Position numbers and translations under genes: made by a program. The notes under the pieces were generated by a model. That model made no database searches and was not told the DNA's origin. It saw only the letters and a program-made list of their open reading frames with translations. DNA of 64,000 bases from the NCBI GenBank assembly GCA_963697545.1, contig CAVOOL010000022.1:12979-76978 (forward strand), written 5' to 3'. The DNA comes from an uncultured Bacteroidota bacterium (GTDB lineage: Bacteria; Bacteroidota; Bacteroidia; Chitinophagales; Chitinophagaceae). This document shows, one piece after another, positions 51,437 to 61,144 of the stretch (positions are counted from its first letter, which is position 1; each line of letters starts with the position of its first letter).

Positions 51437-52444
51437 ATGTACCAATTTGCACTTATTGGCTGCGGAAGGATAGCCCGGAGGCACGCAGAAAATATACAAA
51501 TCATTGGCAAACTGAAAGCTGTTTGTGATACCATTCCCGAAAGGGCTGATGCATTGGCTAAGCAATATAATTGTGCTGCTTACTATTCTATTGATGATTT
51601 GTTGAAACAGGAAACCGAGATTGATGTAGTATCTGTTTGCACACCAAACGGGCTTCATGCTGAACATTCGATTAAATCATTGCAGGCTGGCAAGCATGTT
51701 TTGTGCGAAAAGCCTTTATGTCTTACTACAGCTGCTGCCTGGCAAATCATCGAGACTGAAAAATTTTCAAGGTGTCATTTATTTGTTGTAAAATCAAACC
51801 GCTACAATCCTATTTTGTTGCAGTTAAAAGACCTGATGGATCACAATAAACTCGGAAAAATTTATAGTTTTCACCTGAGTTGTTTATGGAACCGTCCTGC
51901 GGAATATTATACCGACTGGCACGGTAAACTGTTTCCCGATGGCGGAACTTTATATACGCAGTTCAGTCATTATATAGATGCCGTGATCAGCTTATTTGGA
52001 GAAATGCAGCAGGTAAAAGGCTTCAGAAAAAACCTGGCACATAGTTCCTGTATCGAATTTGAGGATACCGGCGTAGCTTCTCTTTATATGAAGGGCGGAG
52101 CTCTTGGTTCTTTGCACTGGTCTGTCAATGCGTATAAGAAAAACCACGAAATAGCCCTGACCATTATAGCCGAGAAAGGCACTATTCGGATTGGCGGAGA
52201 GTACTTGAACGAAGTGCAATACCAGTTAATGGAAAGTGATAATGAGTTTGCAGTGCCGCAGAATTTATCGAATGATTATTCTATTTATAAAGGGTCAATG
52301 AGCAATCATACCGAAGTGTACCGTCATTTACTGAAAACCCTGAACAAAGAAGATGCTGGTTTTGCCAATGCCTACGACGGACTAAAAACGGTAGAAGCCA
52401 TTGAAAAGATTTATAAGGCCATGGATTGTTCAACGGGGAATTGA
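51437..52444 (+). CDS. Gfo/Idh/MocA oxidoreductase (likely nucleotide-sugar dehydrogenase)
   Basis: IGCGRIA, CTPNGLH, HVLCEKP, GGTLY and HYID motifs. Confidence 0.9.
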   Translation: MYQFALIGCGRIARRHAENIQIIGKLKAVCDTIPERADALAKQYNCAAYYSIDDLLKQETEIDVVSVCTPNGLHAEHSIKSLQAGKHVLCEKPLCLTTAAAWQIIETEKFSRCHLFVVKSNRYNPILLQLKDLMDHNKLGKIYSFHLSCLWNRPAEYYTDWHGKLFPDGGTLYTQFSHYIDAVISLFGEMQQVKGFRKNLAHSSCIEFEDTGVASLYMKGGALGSLHWSVNAYKKNHEIALTIIAEKGTIRIGGEYLNEVQYQLMESDNEFAVPQNLSNDYSIYKGSMSNHTEVYRHLLKTLNKEDAGFANAYDGLKTVEAIEKIYKAMDCSTGN

Positions 52445-52518
52445 CAATTTGATTTTCTTTCAGTACCATTACTTTGACAATCGACTAAGCTGTTCCATCA
52501 TTCAAAAAACTCTGCCTG

Positions 52519-53613
52519 TTGAAGCGTATTTATTTTACTGTAACCAACGATCTTTCCTTCGACCAGCGCATGCACCGCATTTGTGGCTCATTGGCAGAAG
52601 CGGGTTATGAGGTTACACTGGTAGGCAGGCAACTTGGAACTTCTTTACCACTTCAACCAAAAAGCTTCCGCCAAAAAAGAATAAGTTGTTTTTTTAACAA
52701 AGGATTTTTGTTTTATGCAGAATATAACCTGCGGCTTTTCTTTTTTCTTCTCAACAAAAGAATGGATGCTATTTGCGCTATTGATCTCGATACTATCCTA
52801 CCCTGTTTGTTTATTTCAAAACTGAAAGACATTCCCCGGGTGTATGACGCACATGAATATTTTACAGAATTAAAAGAAGTGCGTACAAGGCCCCTTGTAA
52901 AAAAGGTTTGGTTAGGCATAGAACGTTTTGCCGTGCCTAAATATCATTACGGATACACGGTTAGCGATGGACTGGCAGAAGAATTTCGGAAAAAATACCA
53001 AAGAGATTATAAAGTGGTCAGGAATCTGCCCGTATTAAAAGAACAGCTTCCTGTCAAAAAAGAAAATAAATTTTTATTGTTCCAGGGAGCGGTTAATGAG
53101 GCAAGAGGTTTTGAATATCTTATTCCCGCCATGAAATCCGTGAACTATAAACTGGTTATTTGTGGTGATGGAAATTTCATGGGGCAACTGAAAGAATTGA
53201 TCCGTCAGAATAATGTAGCAGGCAAAGTAGAATTAACAGGCATGCTATTGCCGGAAGAACTCAGAAAGATTGCTCAAAAAGCCACTTTGGGTATCGGTTT
53301 GGCTGAAAAGGAAGGACTGAACCAGTTTCTGGCCCTGCCCAATAAATTTTTTGAGTACATGCATGCTGGCCTGCCGCAAGTTGCCATGAATTATCCCGAG
53401 TACAAAAAAATAAACGATCAATTTAGAGTAGCGGTTTTGCTGGATGGTCTTTTGGTGGAAGAAATAAGTGTCGCGATCAATCATTTAATGGAAAATGATG
53501 CAGCGCTGAAAGAGTTGCATCAAAATTGTTTAAAAGCAAGAGAAGTTTATTGCTGGCAAAACGAAGAAAAAGAGCTGATTAAATTTTATCAAAGCATTTT
53601 TAAAAGTGAGTGA
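52519..53613 (+). CDS. GT4-type glycosyltransferase
   Basis: DQRMHRI, VYDAHEYF, RGFE and PNKFFEYMHAGLP motifs. Confidence 0.88.
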   Translation: MKRIYFTVTNDLSFDQRMHRICGSLAEAGYEVTLVGRQLGTSLPLQPKSFRQKRISCFFNKGFLFYAEYNLRLFFFLLNKRMDAICAIDLDTILPCLFISKLKDIPRVYDAHEYFTELKEVRTRPLVKKVWLGIERFAVPKYHYGYTVSDGLAEEFRKKYQRDYKVVRNLPVLKEQLPVKKENKFLLFQGAVNEARGFEYLIPAMKSVNYKLVICGDGNFMGQLKELIRQNNVAGKVELTGMLLPEELRKIAQKATLGIGLAEKEGLNQFLALPNKFFEYMHAGLPQVAMNYPEYKKINDQFRVAVLLDGLLVEEISVAINHLMENDAALKELHQNCLKAREVYCWQNEEKELIKFYQSIFKSE

Positions 53614-54721
53614 ATACATACATATCGTTTGTCTGGACGCCCCTTCCCCGCCCAACTATGGCGGCGCCATTGATATGTACTATAAGATCACGGCTCTGGC
53701 GGGCCTGGGAAAAAAAATCATTCTTCATTATTTTGATTATAACCAAAAAAGAAGCGCAGATCTTTTAAAAGAGTATTGTGTAGAAATACATTCTTACCAT
53801 CGGAAAAGCTTTGTCGGCTCTTTTTCCTTTTCCTCTCCTTACATTGTAAATTCCAGGGTGAATCACCCCCTGATTGAGCGATTGAATGCAGACAACTATC
53901 CTATTCTTTTAGAAGGACTTCATTGCACAGGAATTTTGCCTTATCTCCATAACAGGATAAGAGTGGTGATACGAATGCACAATGAAGAAGTGAATTATTA
54001 TAAGAGTCTGGCAGCAGTAGAAAACAACCTGTTTAAAAAAAGCTATTTTTTGATTGAAGCTGCCCTTTTAAAAAAATATCAAAAAAAACTGAAAAAGGAA
54101 ATAAAACTGGCTTGTCTTTCAGAAACCGACATCAATTCTTTCCGGAAGGATTTTGGCTTTTTAAACCTGCATTTTGTTCCCTGCTTTATTCCCTGGCAAA
54201 CTGTAAGATCTCAACCTGGAAAAGGCACTTATTGCCTGTATCACGGGAATCTGGCGGTAGCTGAAAATGAAGCGGCGGCTAGCTGGCTGATGCAAAATGT
54301 TTTCAGCAAGATCAATATTCCGTTTGTTATTGCAGGAAACGGTATTTCAAAAAAATTAAGAGCAGTAGTTGACAAGTATAAAAACTGCAGGCTGGTTTAT
54401 AACCTGCCTGCCGATGAATTAGACAGCCTGATCCGTGATGCGCATATAAACATTCTTCCTTCAAAAAATAATACCGGCGTTAAGTTAAAAGTATTGCATG
54501 CTTTATTTGAAGGCCGGTTTTGCATTACCAATACAAGTGGAATCAAAGGAAGTACTATCGGCTCGGGAGTTCATATTGCCAACGAGCCGGAAGAGTACAT
54601 CACGCTGATTCAAAAATTATTTGAACAGGAGTTTACACAACAGCATGCAGAAGAAAGACAGAGCATACAGGCACTGTACAATAATAAAAGGAATGCACAA
54701 AAGCTTAGTGAACTATGGTAG
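53606..54721 (+). CDS. Glycosyltransferase (GT4-like)
   Basis: PPNYGGAID, HNEE..YY and TGVKLKVLHAL motifs. Confidence 0.82.
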   Translation: MSEYIHIVCLDAPSPPNYGGAIDMYYKITALAGLGKKIILHYFDYNQKRSADLLKEYCVEIHSYHRKSFVGSFSFSSPYIVNSRVNHPLIERLNADNYPILLEGLHCTGILPYLHNRIRVVIRMHNEEVNYYKSLAAVENNLFKKSYFLIEAALLKKYQKKLKKEIKLACLSETDINSFRKDFGFLNLHFVPCFIPWQTVRSQPGKGTYCLYHGNLAVAENEAAASWLMQNVFSKINIPFVIAGNGISKKLRAVVDKYKNCRLVYNLPADELDSLIRDAHINILPSKNNTGVKLKVLHALFEGRFCITNTSGIKGSTIGSGVHIANEPEEYITLIQKLFEQEFTQQHAEERQSIQALYNNKRNAQKLSELW

Positions 54722-55391
54722 CATTATCGTGTACCCTGCCGGCTTCTGTTTTCACCATGCGTGCCGGGAATTTCTGTATCACAATATAATCATGCGTGGC
54801 CATTACCACGGAGGTACCATAGTCTCTTGCAATATGAATTAAAAGATTCATGATCTCATCTGAAGTTTCAGGATCCAGGTTTCCTGTCGGCTCATCTGCC
54901 AGTATCAGTTTGGGAGAATTTAACAGGGCCCTGGCGATATCTACTCTTTGCTGTTCACCGCCGCTCATTTCAAAAGGCATTTTAAAACCTTTCGATCTCA
55001 GGCCAACCTTATCAAGCACATCGGCAATTTTTTCGTTCATCAGCTTTTCATCTTTCCAGCCAATAGCTTTTAAAACAAATTTGAGGTTTTCATTAACATT
55101 CCGGTCGGTCAGCAATTGAAAATCCTGGAAGATCACTCCCATATTTCTTCTTAAATAAGGCACGGTTTTCCACGTTAGTTTGCGAACGTCATACCCTACC
55201 ACCGTAGCCTCTCCTTCTTTTAAAGGCAGCTCGCCATATAAGGTTTTTAAGAGGCTTGATTTTCCGGTACCGGTTTTTCCTACCAGGTAAACGAACTCAC
55301 CCTTGTCCACAGAAAGATTTACATCTTCCAAAACCAAATTATCACCCTGGTAAATATTGGCGCTCCTGATATCAATAATTTTTTCCGACAT
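54705..55391 (-). CDS. ftsE: Cell-division ABC ATPase FtsE-like
   Basis: [26 protein letters not shown] and [11 protein letters not shown] motifs. Confidence 0.85.
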   Translation of the reverse strand: MSEKIIDIRSANIYQGDNLVLEDVNLSVDKGEFVYLVGKTGTGKSSLLKTLYGELPLKEGEATVVGYDVRKLTWKTVPYLRRNMGVIFQDFQLLTDRNVNENLKFVLKAIGWKDEKLMNEKIADVLDKVGLRSKGFKMPFEMSGGEQQRVDIARALLNSPKLILADEPTGNLDPETSDEIMNLLIHIARDYGTSVVMATHDYIVIQKFPARMVKTEAGRVHDNATIVH

Positions 55392-55454
55392 CCCACAAAT
55401 TTATTTGCTGCAAAATAACGTAAGAAAGAACAAGGGCCAAGCCAATAATTTTAA

Positions 55455-55490
55455 AACTAAAAAATTAGTTGTTTAACTAAATAATTAGTT
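55455..55490. promoter_or_regulatory. Tandem palindromic operators, probably for BlaI
   Basis: AACTAA-aaaa-TTAGTT and AACTAA-ataa-TTAGTT, 20 bp apart, just upstream of the blaI-like gene. Confidence 0.7.
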
Positions 55491-55516
55491 ATAACTTGGA
55501 TTTACAATTCTATTGC

Positions 55517-55879
55517 ATGAAGATACTCACCAAAGCAGAAGAACAGGTAATGCAAATTGTCTGGAAATTAAAGGAAGGTTTTATCCGTGATATTATGGAA
55601 GCGCTGCCTCCTCCAAAGCCGCACCAGAATACTGTAGCTACCATGCTTAAAATTTTGGTTGAAAAAGAGTTTGTAGGCATCCGGGTGTTTGGCAGGCAAC
55701 ACCAGTATTACCCGCTCATTAGCAAGGACACTTATTCAAAGGCCAGTATTAAGGCTTTGGTGAAAAGCTATTTTGGCGGCTCGTTCAGCGAAGCGGTTTC
55801 TTTTATGGTGAAGGAAAATAACATCAGTCTTGAAGACCTGGAAACCTTATTGCAACAACTCAAAAAAGGAAAAAAATGA
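55517..55879 (+). CDS. BlaI/MecI/CopY family repressor
   Basis: LTKAEEQVMQIVW, TVATMLKILVEK, YYPLIS and FGGS motifs. Confidence 0.92.
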   Translation: MKILTKAEEQVMQIVWKLKEGFIRDIMEALPPPKPHQNTVATMLKILVEKEFVGIRVFGRQHQYYPLISKDTYSKASIKALVKSYFGGSFSEAVSFMVKENNISLEDLETLLQQLKKGKK

Positions 55880-58400
55880 TAGCATTGGCTTATTACCTTC
55901 TGAAAGTGATTGTATGCTCAGGCGTTCTTTTTTTATATTACCATCTTGCACTGCGCAACAAGGTCTTTCACCAGTGGAACCGTTTTTATTTGTTGGCCAT
56001 CGTGGTTCTTTCCCTCCTGGTGCCGGTGCTGCAATTTCATTTCATCTATACTGAAGATGCATCCAGCCGCACCATACAATTATTACGGGTGGTACAATCC
56101 GCTGATAATTATATGGAAACGATCTATATACAAAATCATCGTTCCTTGACAACCGCGCAGTGGCTGAGTATTGTTTATGCAGGCATATCCGCTATCATCC
56201 TGGCAGCAGTGGTCCGGTCGTTATTTAAAATATATTTTATTGTAAGACGGCATAAAGTTCAATTGGTGAACCAGATCAGGTTTGTTGCTACGCAAGAGCG
56301 GGGAACACCCTTTTCATTCTTCCGCTATATTTTCTGGAACGAAAAAATTGATATTAATACCCCAACAGGACAGCAAATCTTTCAGCATGAACTGGTGCAT
56401 GTAAAAGAGGCCCACACCTTCGATAAACTTTTTCTGCAGGTAATCCTGATTTTATTCTGGTGCAATCCTTTCTTTTGGCTGATTCGAAGGGAACTGCAAT
56501 TGATCCATGAATTTATTGCCGATAAAAAAGCCGTACAGCATCATGATACGGCAGCATTTGCTGCCATGATACTGCAGTCAGCCTATCCGCACCAGTTCAG
56601 CAGCTATTACGAATCCAATTTTTCCAATCATCCTATAAAACGAAGACTCCTTATGCTTACGAAAATTCAAAACCCACGGATTAATTACATAAGCCGCATT
56701 CTGGCTTTGCCTTTGATTGCTTTTACAGTATTAGCTTTCACGTTCCGCACAAAAAACAGCAGAACAATCATTCCTCTTGACAAGGAAATTACTGTTGTTA
56801 TCGATGCAGGACATGGAAGAATGGCGAACGGATTAATGAACGGTGCCAAAGCCGAAGGTGTTTATGAAGACGATATTGTATTGGCTCTAGCCAAAAAAGT
56901 AGCAGAAACGAATGCCAATAATAAAATCAATATTGTGTTGACAAGAACATCTGCTGAAAATGTGGATTTGAGTAAGCGAGTGGAAATTGCAAAAGAAAAG
57001 AAGGCCGATCTTTTCATTTCTTCAGCTTCATGTGGGGGCATCAAAAGATGACGCAAATATTAATGGAATCGAATTACTTGTATCTAGCAAAAACACTGTT
57101 TTTCAACAACAAAGTCAATTATTGGCTTCTGTGTTAAAAGAAGAATTAGCCACCGTTTATACTACTTTTCCTGAGTTGAGAAAACGTCAAGTTGGCTCTT
57201 GGGTACTTGATAAAAATGTTTGCCCTTCTGTGTTAATAGAATGCGGTTATGTAACCAATGAAAAAGACAGGGGCTTCATCACTGGTGAGGCCAATCAAAA
57301 ACTGATAGCGGAAAAAATAGTAACCGCTATTGAAAGGTATGCGGCTGCACTTGAAAAAGGTTTGATTATGCAAAACCCAACAGACACCTTGCCGCAAAAA
57401 GCCGGAAGGGGAATCAAGGCCATTAATATAAATAGAAATTCAGGCATGATCACCATATCAAATGCCGATGGGTCAAGCGATGCTTTAAGTATAGAGGAGG
57501 CAAAACAGAAAAAGCTGATCAGTGAAAACGTCACAACTACACAAACCACAATAAAGCAATGGAGCAGCAAAGAACCTCTATTATTTGGATGGGAAAGAAT
57601 TCACCGGCGGTCTAAACAAATTAGACCCAAATATAATCGAGTCTGTAAGGGTTTTGAAAAATCAATCCGCCATTTCAAAATATGGTGAAAAGGGTAAGAA
57701 CGGAGTAATTGAGATATTTACAAAGACTGAAAATAACATTTCAGACACAGTACCCAAAAACACGCCGGTTTTTAAAAAACCTGAGGTCGAAGCCTCCGTG
57801 GATAAAAATGAATGGAGAAGTTTTTTAGAAAAGAATCTTCAATCGGTTATTGAAAATGCTGCGAAAGAAGGAATGCCTCCTGGACAATACACCGTTAACA
57901 TCAGATTTATTGTAAAGAAAGACGGCAACATAACAGATTTTAAAGCGTTGAATGATCCCGGTTACGGCCTTGTGCAAAAGCTTTTAGAGATCATACCAAA
58001 TTCTCCCAAATGGAAGCCCGCCAAACAAAATGGCAAAGCTGTAAACTCCTACCATACGCAGCCCATAACATTTGTTATTGCTGATTGCAGCGATTCAGAA
58101 GATACCAATCCGTCGGTTAACGGTTTGCCTGTCACAGATGTTAATGAACTTAAATCAAGGAGCATTCATGATTTAATACAAGTAAGCAAAAAAGATGAAA
58201 TCCTGTCTTTTACATTAACGGTTGATACAGACGAAGGCGATGTTGCTACCCTGAATCATTCCGGAAACGAATACACAGCAAAAGACAGATGGTTTATAGA
58301 CAAATACATCAAGTCAAACAAGCTTTTTACAGTCGATTATATACTTGTTAAGCGAGACGGTAAAGAAACCAAAATCCCATCAAAAATTTACAGATTATAA
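55876..58400 (+). CDS. M56 (BlaR1-like) peptidase fused to Amidase_3, plug-like and TonB C-terminal domains; frameshifts near 57015 and 57580
   Basis: FSFF, HELVH and LIHEFIAD (M56); DAGHG, LHV and IECG (amidase); SVRVLK..SAISKYG.KG.NGVIEI (plug-like); RFIVKKDG..KWKPAKQNGK (TonB_C). Confidence 0.85.
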
Positions 58401-59572
58401 TTGATCGTATTTTTTGAAAGGCGTATTTCCAATTCTTTATTCCCTTCTTCTACCCTTCCAATCACCTGTGCATCCATACCAAATCCAGTTGCAATGCTGA
58501 TCATGCGGTCAGCATTTTTTTCATCGGTATAGATCTCCAGCCGGCAGCCCATATTAAACACCTGGTACATTTCCTTATCATCGGCGCCGCTGGCCTGCTG
58601 AATAATGTTGAAGATTTCGGGAGCCGCAAATAAATTGTCTTTCACAACCTTTACATTGTCCGGTACGTATTTCATGCACTTGGTTTGTCCTCCGCCGCTG
58701 CAATGGATCAATCCATCCACCGCATCAAACTGCTCTTCCAAAATTTGCTTTACCACAGGTGCAAAGGTTCTTGTTGGCGAAAGAATCAGCTTGCCAATAT
58801 TGGTTTTGAACGTTTCGTTTTTAAAACCAATATTTATTTCATCCGTCAATCTGTGTTTTCCAATATAAACTACATCGTCGTTTAACGACGGCTCAAAGGT
58901 TTCCGGAAAGTTTTGTGCATAATATTTATTCAACACATCATGCCGGGCACTGGTCAGACCGTTACTGCCAATACCGCTGTTGTATTCGCTTTCGTAAGAT
59001 GATTTGCCATAACTGGCCAACCCCACTATCACATTACCGGGTTTTATTTTTTCATTGGTAATGATCTTTTCTTTCGGCCATCTTGCCGCCATCGTTCCAT
59101 TTACCGCAATGGTTCGCACCACATCGCCCACGTCAGCGGTTTCGCCACCCAAAAAAGCAATATCCACATCAAAATCCTGCATGGTATCAAAAAACTCCTG
59201 CGTGCCTTCAATCAATGCCTGCAGCACCTCGCCGGGAATTAAATTTTTATTCCGGTCAATAGAAGAAGAGAATAATAATTTATCATAAATACCTACGCAC
59301 AACAGGTCATCCAGGTTCATCACGATGGCATCCTGTGCAATGCCCTTCCAAACAGACAGATCGCCGGTTTCTTTCCAGTATAGATAGGCCAGGATGCTTT
59401 TAGTGCCGGCGCCATCGGCATGCATCACGTTTATCCAGGCTTCGTCATTCCCCAATACATCCTTATAGATCTTGCAAAATGCTTTTGGATAAAGCCCTTT
59501 ATCAATGTTTTTTGTAGCGGCGTGAACTTCTTCTTTCTGGGCGGAAACTCCTCTTTTGGAATACAATGACAT
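58388..59572 (-). CDS. purM: AIR synthase (phosphoribosylformylglycinamidine cyclo-ligase), Bacteroidota type
   Basis: HADGAGTK, MNLDDL, GGETADVG, SNGLTSARH and FNMG motifs; start taken as MSLYS. Confidence 0.9.
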   Translation of the reverse strand: MSLYSKRGVSAQKEEVHAATKNIDKGLYPKAFCKIYKDVLGNDEAWINVMHADGAGTKSILAYLYWKETGDLSVWKGIAQDAIVMNLDDLLCVGIYDKLLFSSSIDRNKNLIPGEVLQALIEGTQEFFDTMQDFDVDIAFLGGETADVGDVVRTIAVNGTMAARWPKEKIITNEKIKPGNVIVGLASYGKSSYESEYNSGIGSNGLTSARHDVLNKYYAQNFPETFEPSLNDDVVYIGKHRLTDEINIGFKNETFKTNIGKLILSPTRTFAPVVKQILEEQFDAVDGLIHCSGGGQTKCMKYVPDNVKVVKDNLFAAPEIFNIIQQASGADDKEMYQVFNMGCRLEIYTDEKNADRMISIATGFGMDAQVIGRVEEGNKELEIRLSKNTINYNL

Positions 59573-59590
59573 GGCGCAAAGATAGAAGAA

Positions 59591-59716
59591 GTTTATAGTT
59601 TGTGGTTTGTAGTTTATAGTTGATGTAGAACAATGCATGTCTTTGATAAGTGGCGCAAGAAATGGCAAGATTCTGGCTTTGGAAGAACTACAAACCACAA
59701 ACTAAAAACTACAAAC
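59591..59716. repeat. Heptamer-based inverted repeat between the divergent purM and ribF promoters
   Basis: The reverse complement of 59591-59614 (AACTACAAACCACAAACTATAAAC) matches 59686-59709 at 23 of 24 positions. Confidence 0.85.
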
Positions 59717-59735
59717 TGTTATTATCTTCGCGGCC

Positions 59736-60656
59736 ATGCTGGTTCACCGGACGATTGAGAATTTACCACCGTTTAGAAATGCTGTGATCACAATTGGCAC
59801 ATTCGACGGCGTGCACGAAGGACATAAAAAAATCATTGCTGCGCTGATCGCTGAGGCAAAAACCATTAATGGCGAGTCGGTGATCATTACATTTGATCCG
59901 CATCCCCGTAAGATCGTTGAGCCGGACAAGCCGCTGCAATTGATCAACACGCTGGAGGAAAAAACAGAATTGCTTGCCAAAACAGGAATTGATCATCTGG
60001 TTATTGTCCCCTTTACTCCCGGCTTTGCCGAACAGTCAGCCGAACAATACATAAAGGACTTTCTCATTGATAATTTTCACCCGGCCACCATTATCATTGG
60101 CTACGATCATCATTTTGGTAAGGGAAGAAAAGGAAATTACAAATTGCTGGAAGAAAAAGCTCCTGTTTTTAATTATACACTGCTGGAAATACCAAAACAT
60201 ATCCTGGATGAAATTGGCGTAAGTTCTACCAAGATCAGGAATGCCTTGCTGGCAAGTGATATTGAAACGGCTAACAAACTTTTGGGTTATGATTTCTTTT
60301 TTGAAGGAAAAGTGGTGGAAGGCGACAAGTTAGGCCGGCAATTGGGTTATCCTACGGCTAACCTGGAATATACCGATAAGGAAAAAATTCATTTGGGCCA
60401 TGGTGTGTATGCCGTGTATGTTGAGATCAATGGCGTTGTAAAAAAAGGAATGCTAAGCATTGGCAACCGGCCCACACTGCTTCATTCCGATGAAAAAATA
60501 GAGGTGAATATTTTTGATTGGGACGAAGAAATTTATGGACAAACGCTTAGGGTGATTGTAAAAAAATACTTACGCGGGCAGGAGAAATATGATTCCCTTG
60601 AGGAATTGATCCGGCAATTGCATAAGGATAAGGAAGACAGTTTGTCCTGTTTGTAA
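59736..60656 (+). CDS. ribF: Bifunctional riboflavin kinase/FAD synthetase
   Basis: GTFDGVHEGH, FDPHP, GYDHHFG, VSSTKIR, GRQLGYPTAN and RPT motifs. Confidence 0.97.
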   Translation: MLVHRTIENLPPFRNAVITIGTFDGVHEGHKKIIAALIAEAKTINGESVIITFDPHPRKIVEPDKPLQLINTLEEKTELLAKTGIDHLVIVPFTPGFAEQSAEQYIKDFLIDNFHPATIIIGYDHHFGKGRKGNYKLLEEKAPVFNYTLLEIPKHILDEIGVSSTKIRNALLASDIETANKLLGYDFFFEGKVVEGDKLGRQLGYPTANLEYTDKEKIHLGHGVYAVYVEINGVVKKGMLSIGNRPTLLHSDEKIEVNIFDWDEEIYGQTLRVIVKKYLRGQEKYDSLEELIRQLHKDKEDSLSCL

Positions 60657-60720
60657 GAAATGATTTGTGCAAGTTTTATAAGCAGGATTCGATAATTTAT
60701 TTTGGCTTCAGCTGATGAAA

Positions 60721-61109
60721 TTTTTGATTACCGGCTGCATGGCTACTATGGAACTTCTGTTGCGCTGCGTCCGGCTAATGACGGATCGCACTCTTGTACT
60801 GTAACAATTCTATGCAACAAGACCTCGGAGGTTTTAGAAACCTCCGAGGTCTTCAGGTTTAGTCCACAGATCCCTCGTGCCTCGGGATGACAAGGTTGAA
60901 GCGATACTGATTTCAATCACTCCAACTATCAGAATAACTGCTAAAAAGATATCGCTGTTTGTCATGCTGACGAAGGAAGCATCTATGGCTAATACAATAA
61001 GGAATATTGCCTGTGGTAGTGCACTTTCAGTGTTGCTGAATAGAAAACCTTGCGTACAAGAGTGCGACGCAACGAAGGTTAAATAGTAGTAACACGGCTT
61101 AGTACAAAA
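60721..61109. repeat. Composite palindromic repeat island
   Basis: Outward-facing CAAGAGTGCGA copies (minus, ending 60799; plus, 61054-61073); hairpin AAGACCTCGGAGGTTT-taga-AACCTCCGAGGTCTT at 60819-60853; GGGATGACA...TGTCATGCTG pair. Confidence 0.85.
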
Positions 61110-61144
61110 TCATACGGCACATTTACTCAAAGTACCGTCCCCAA

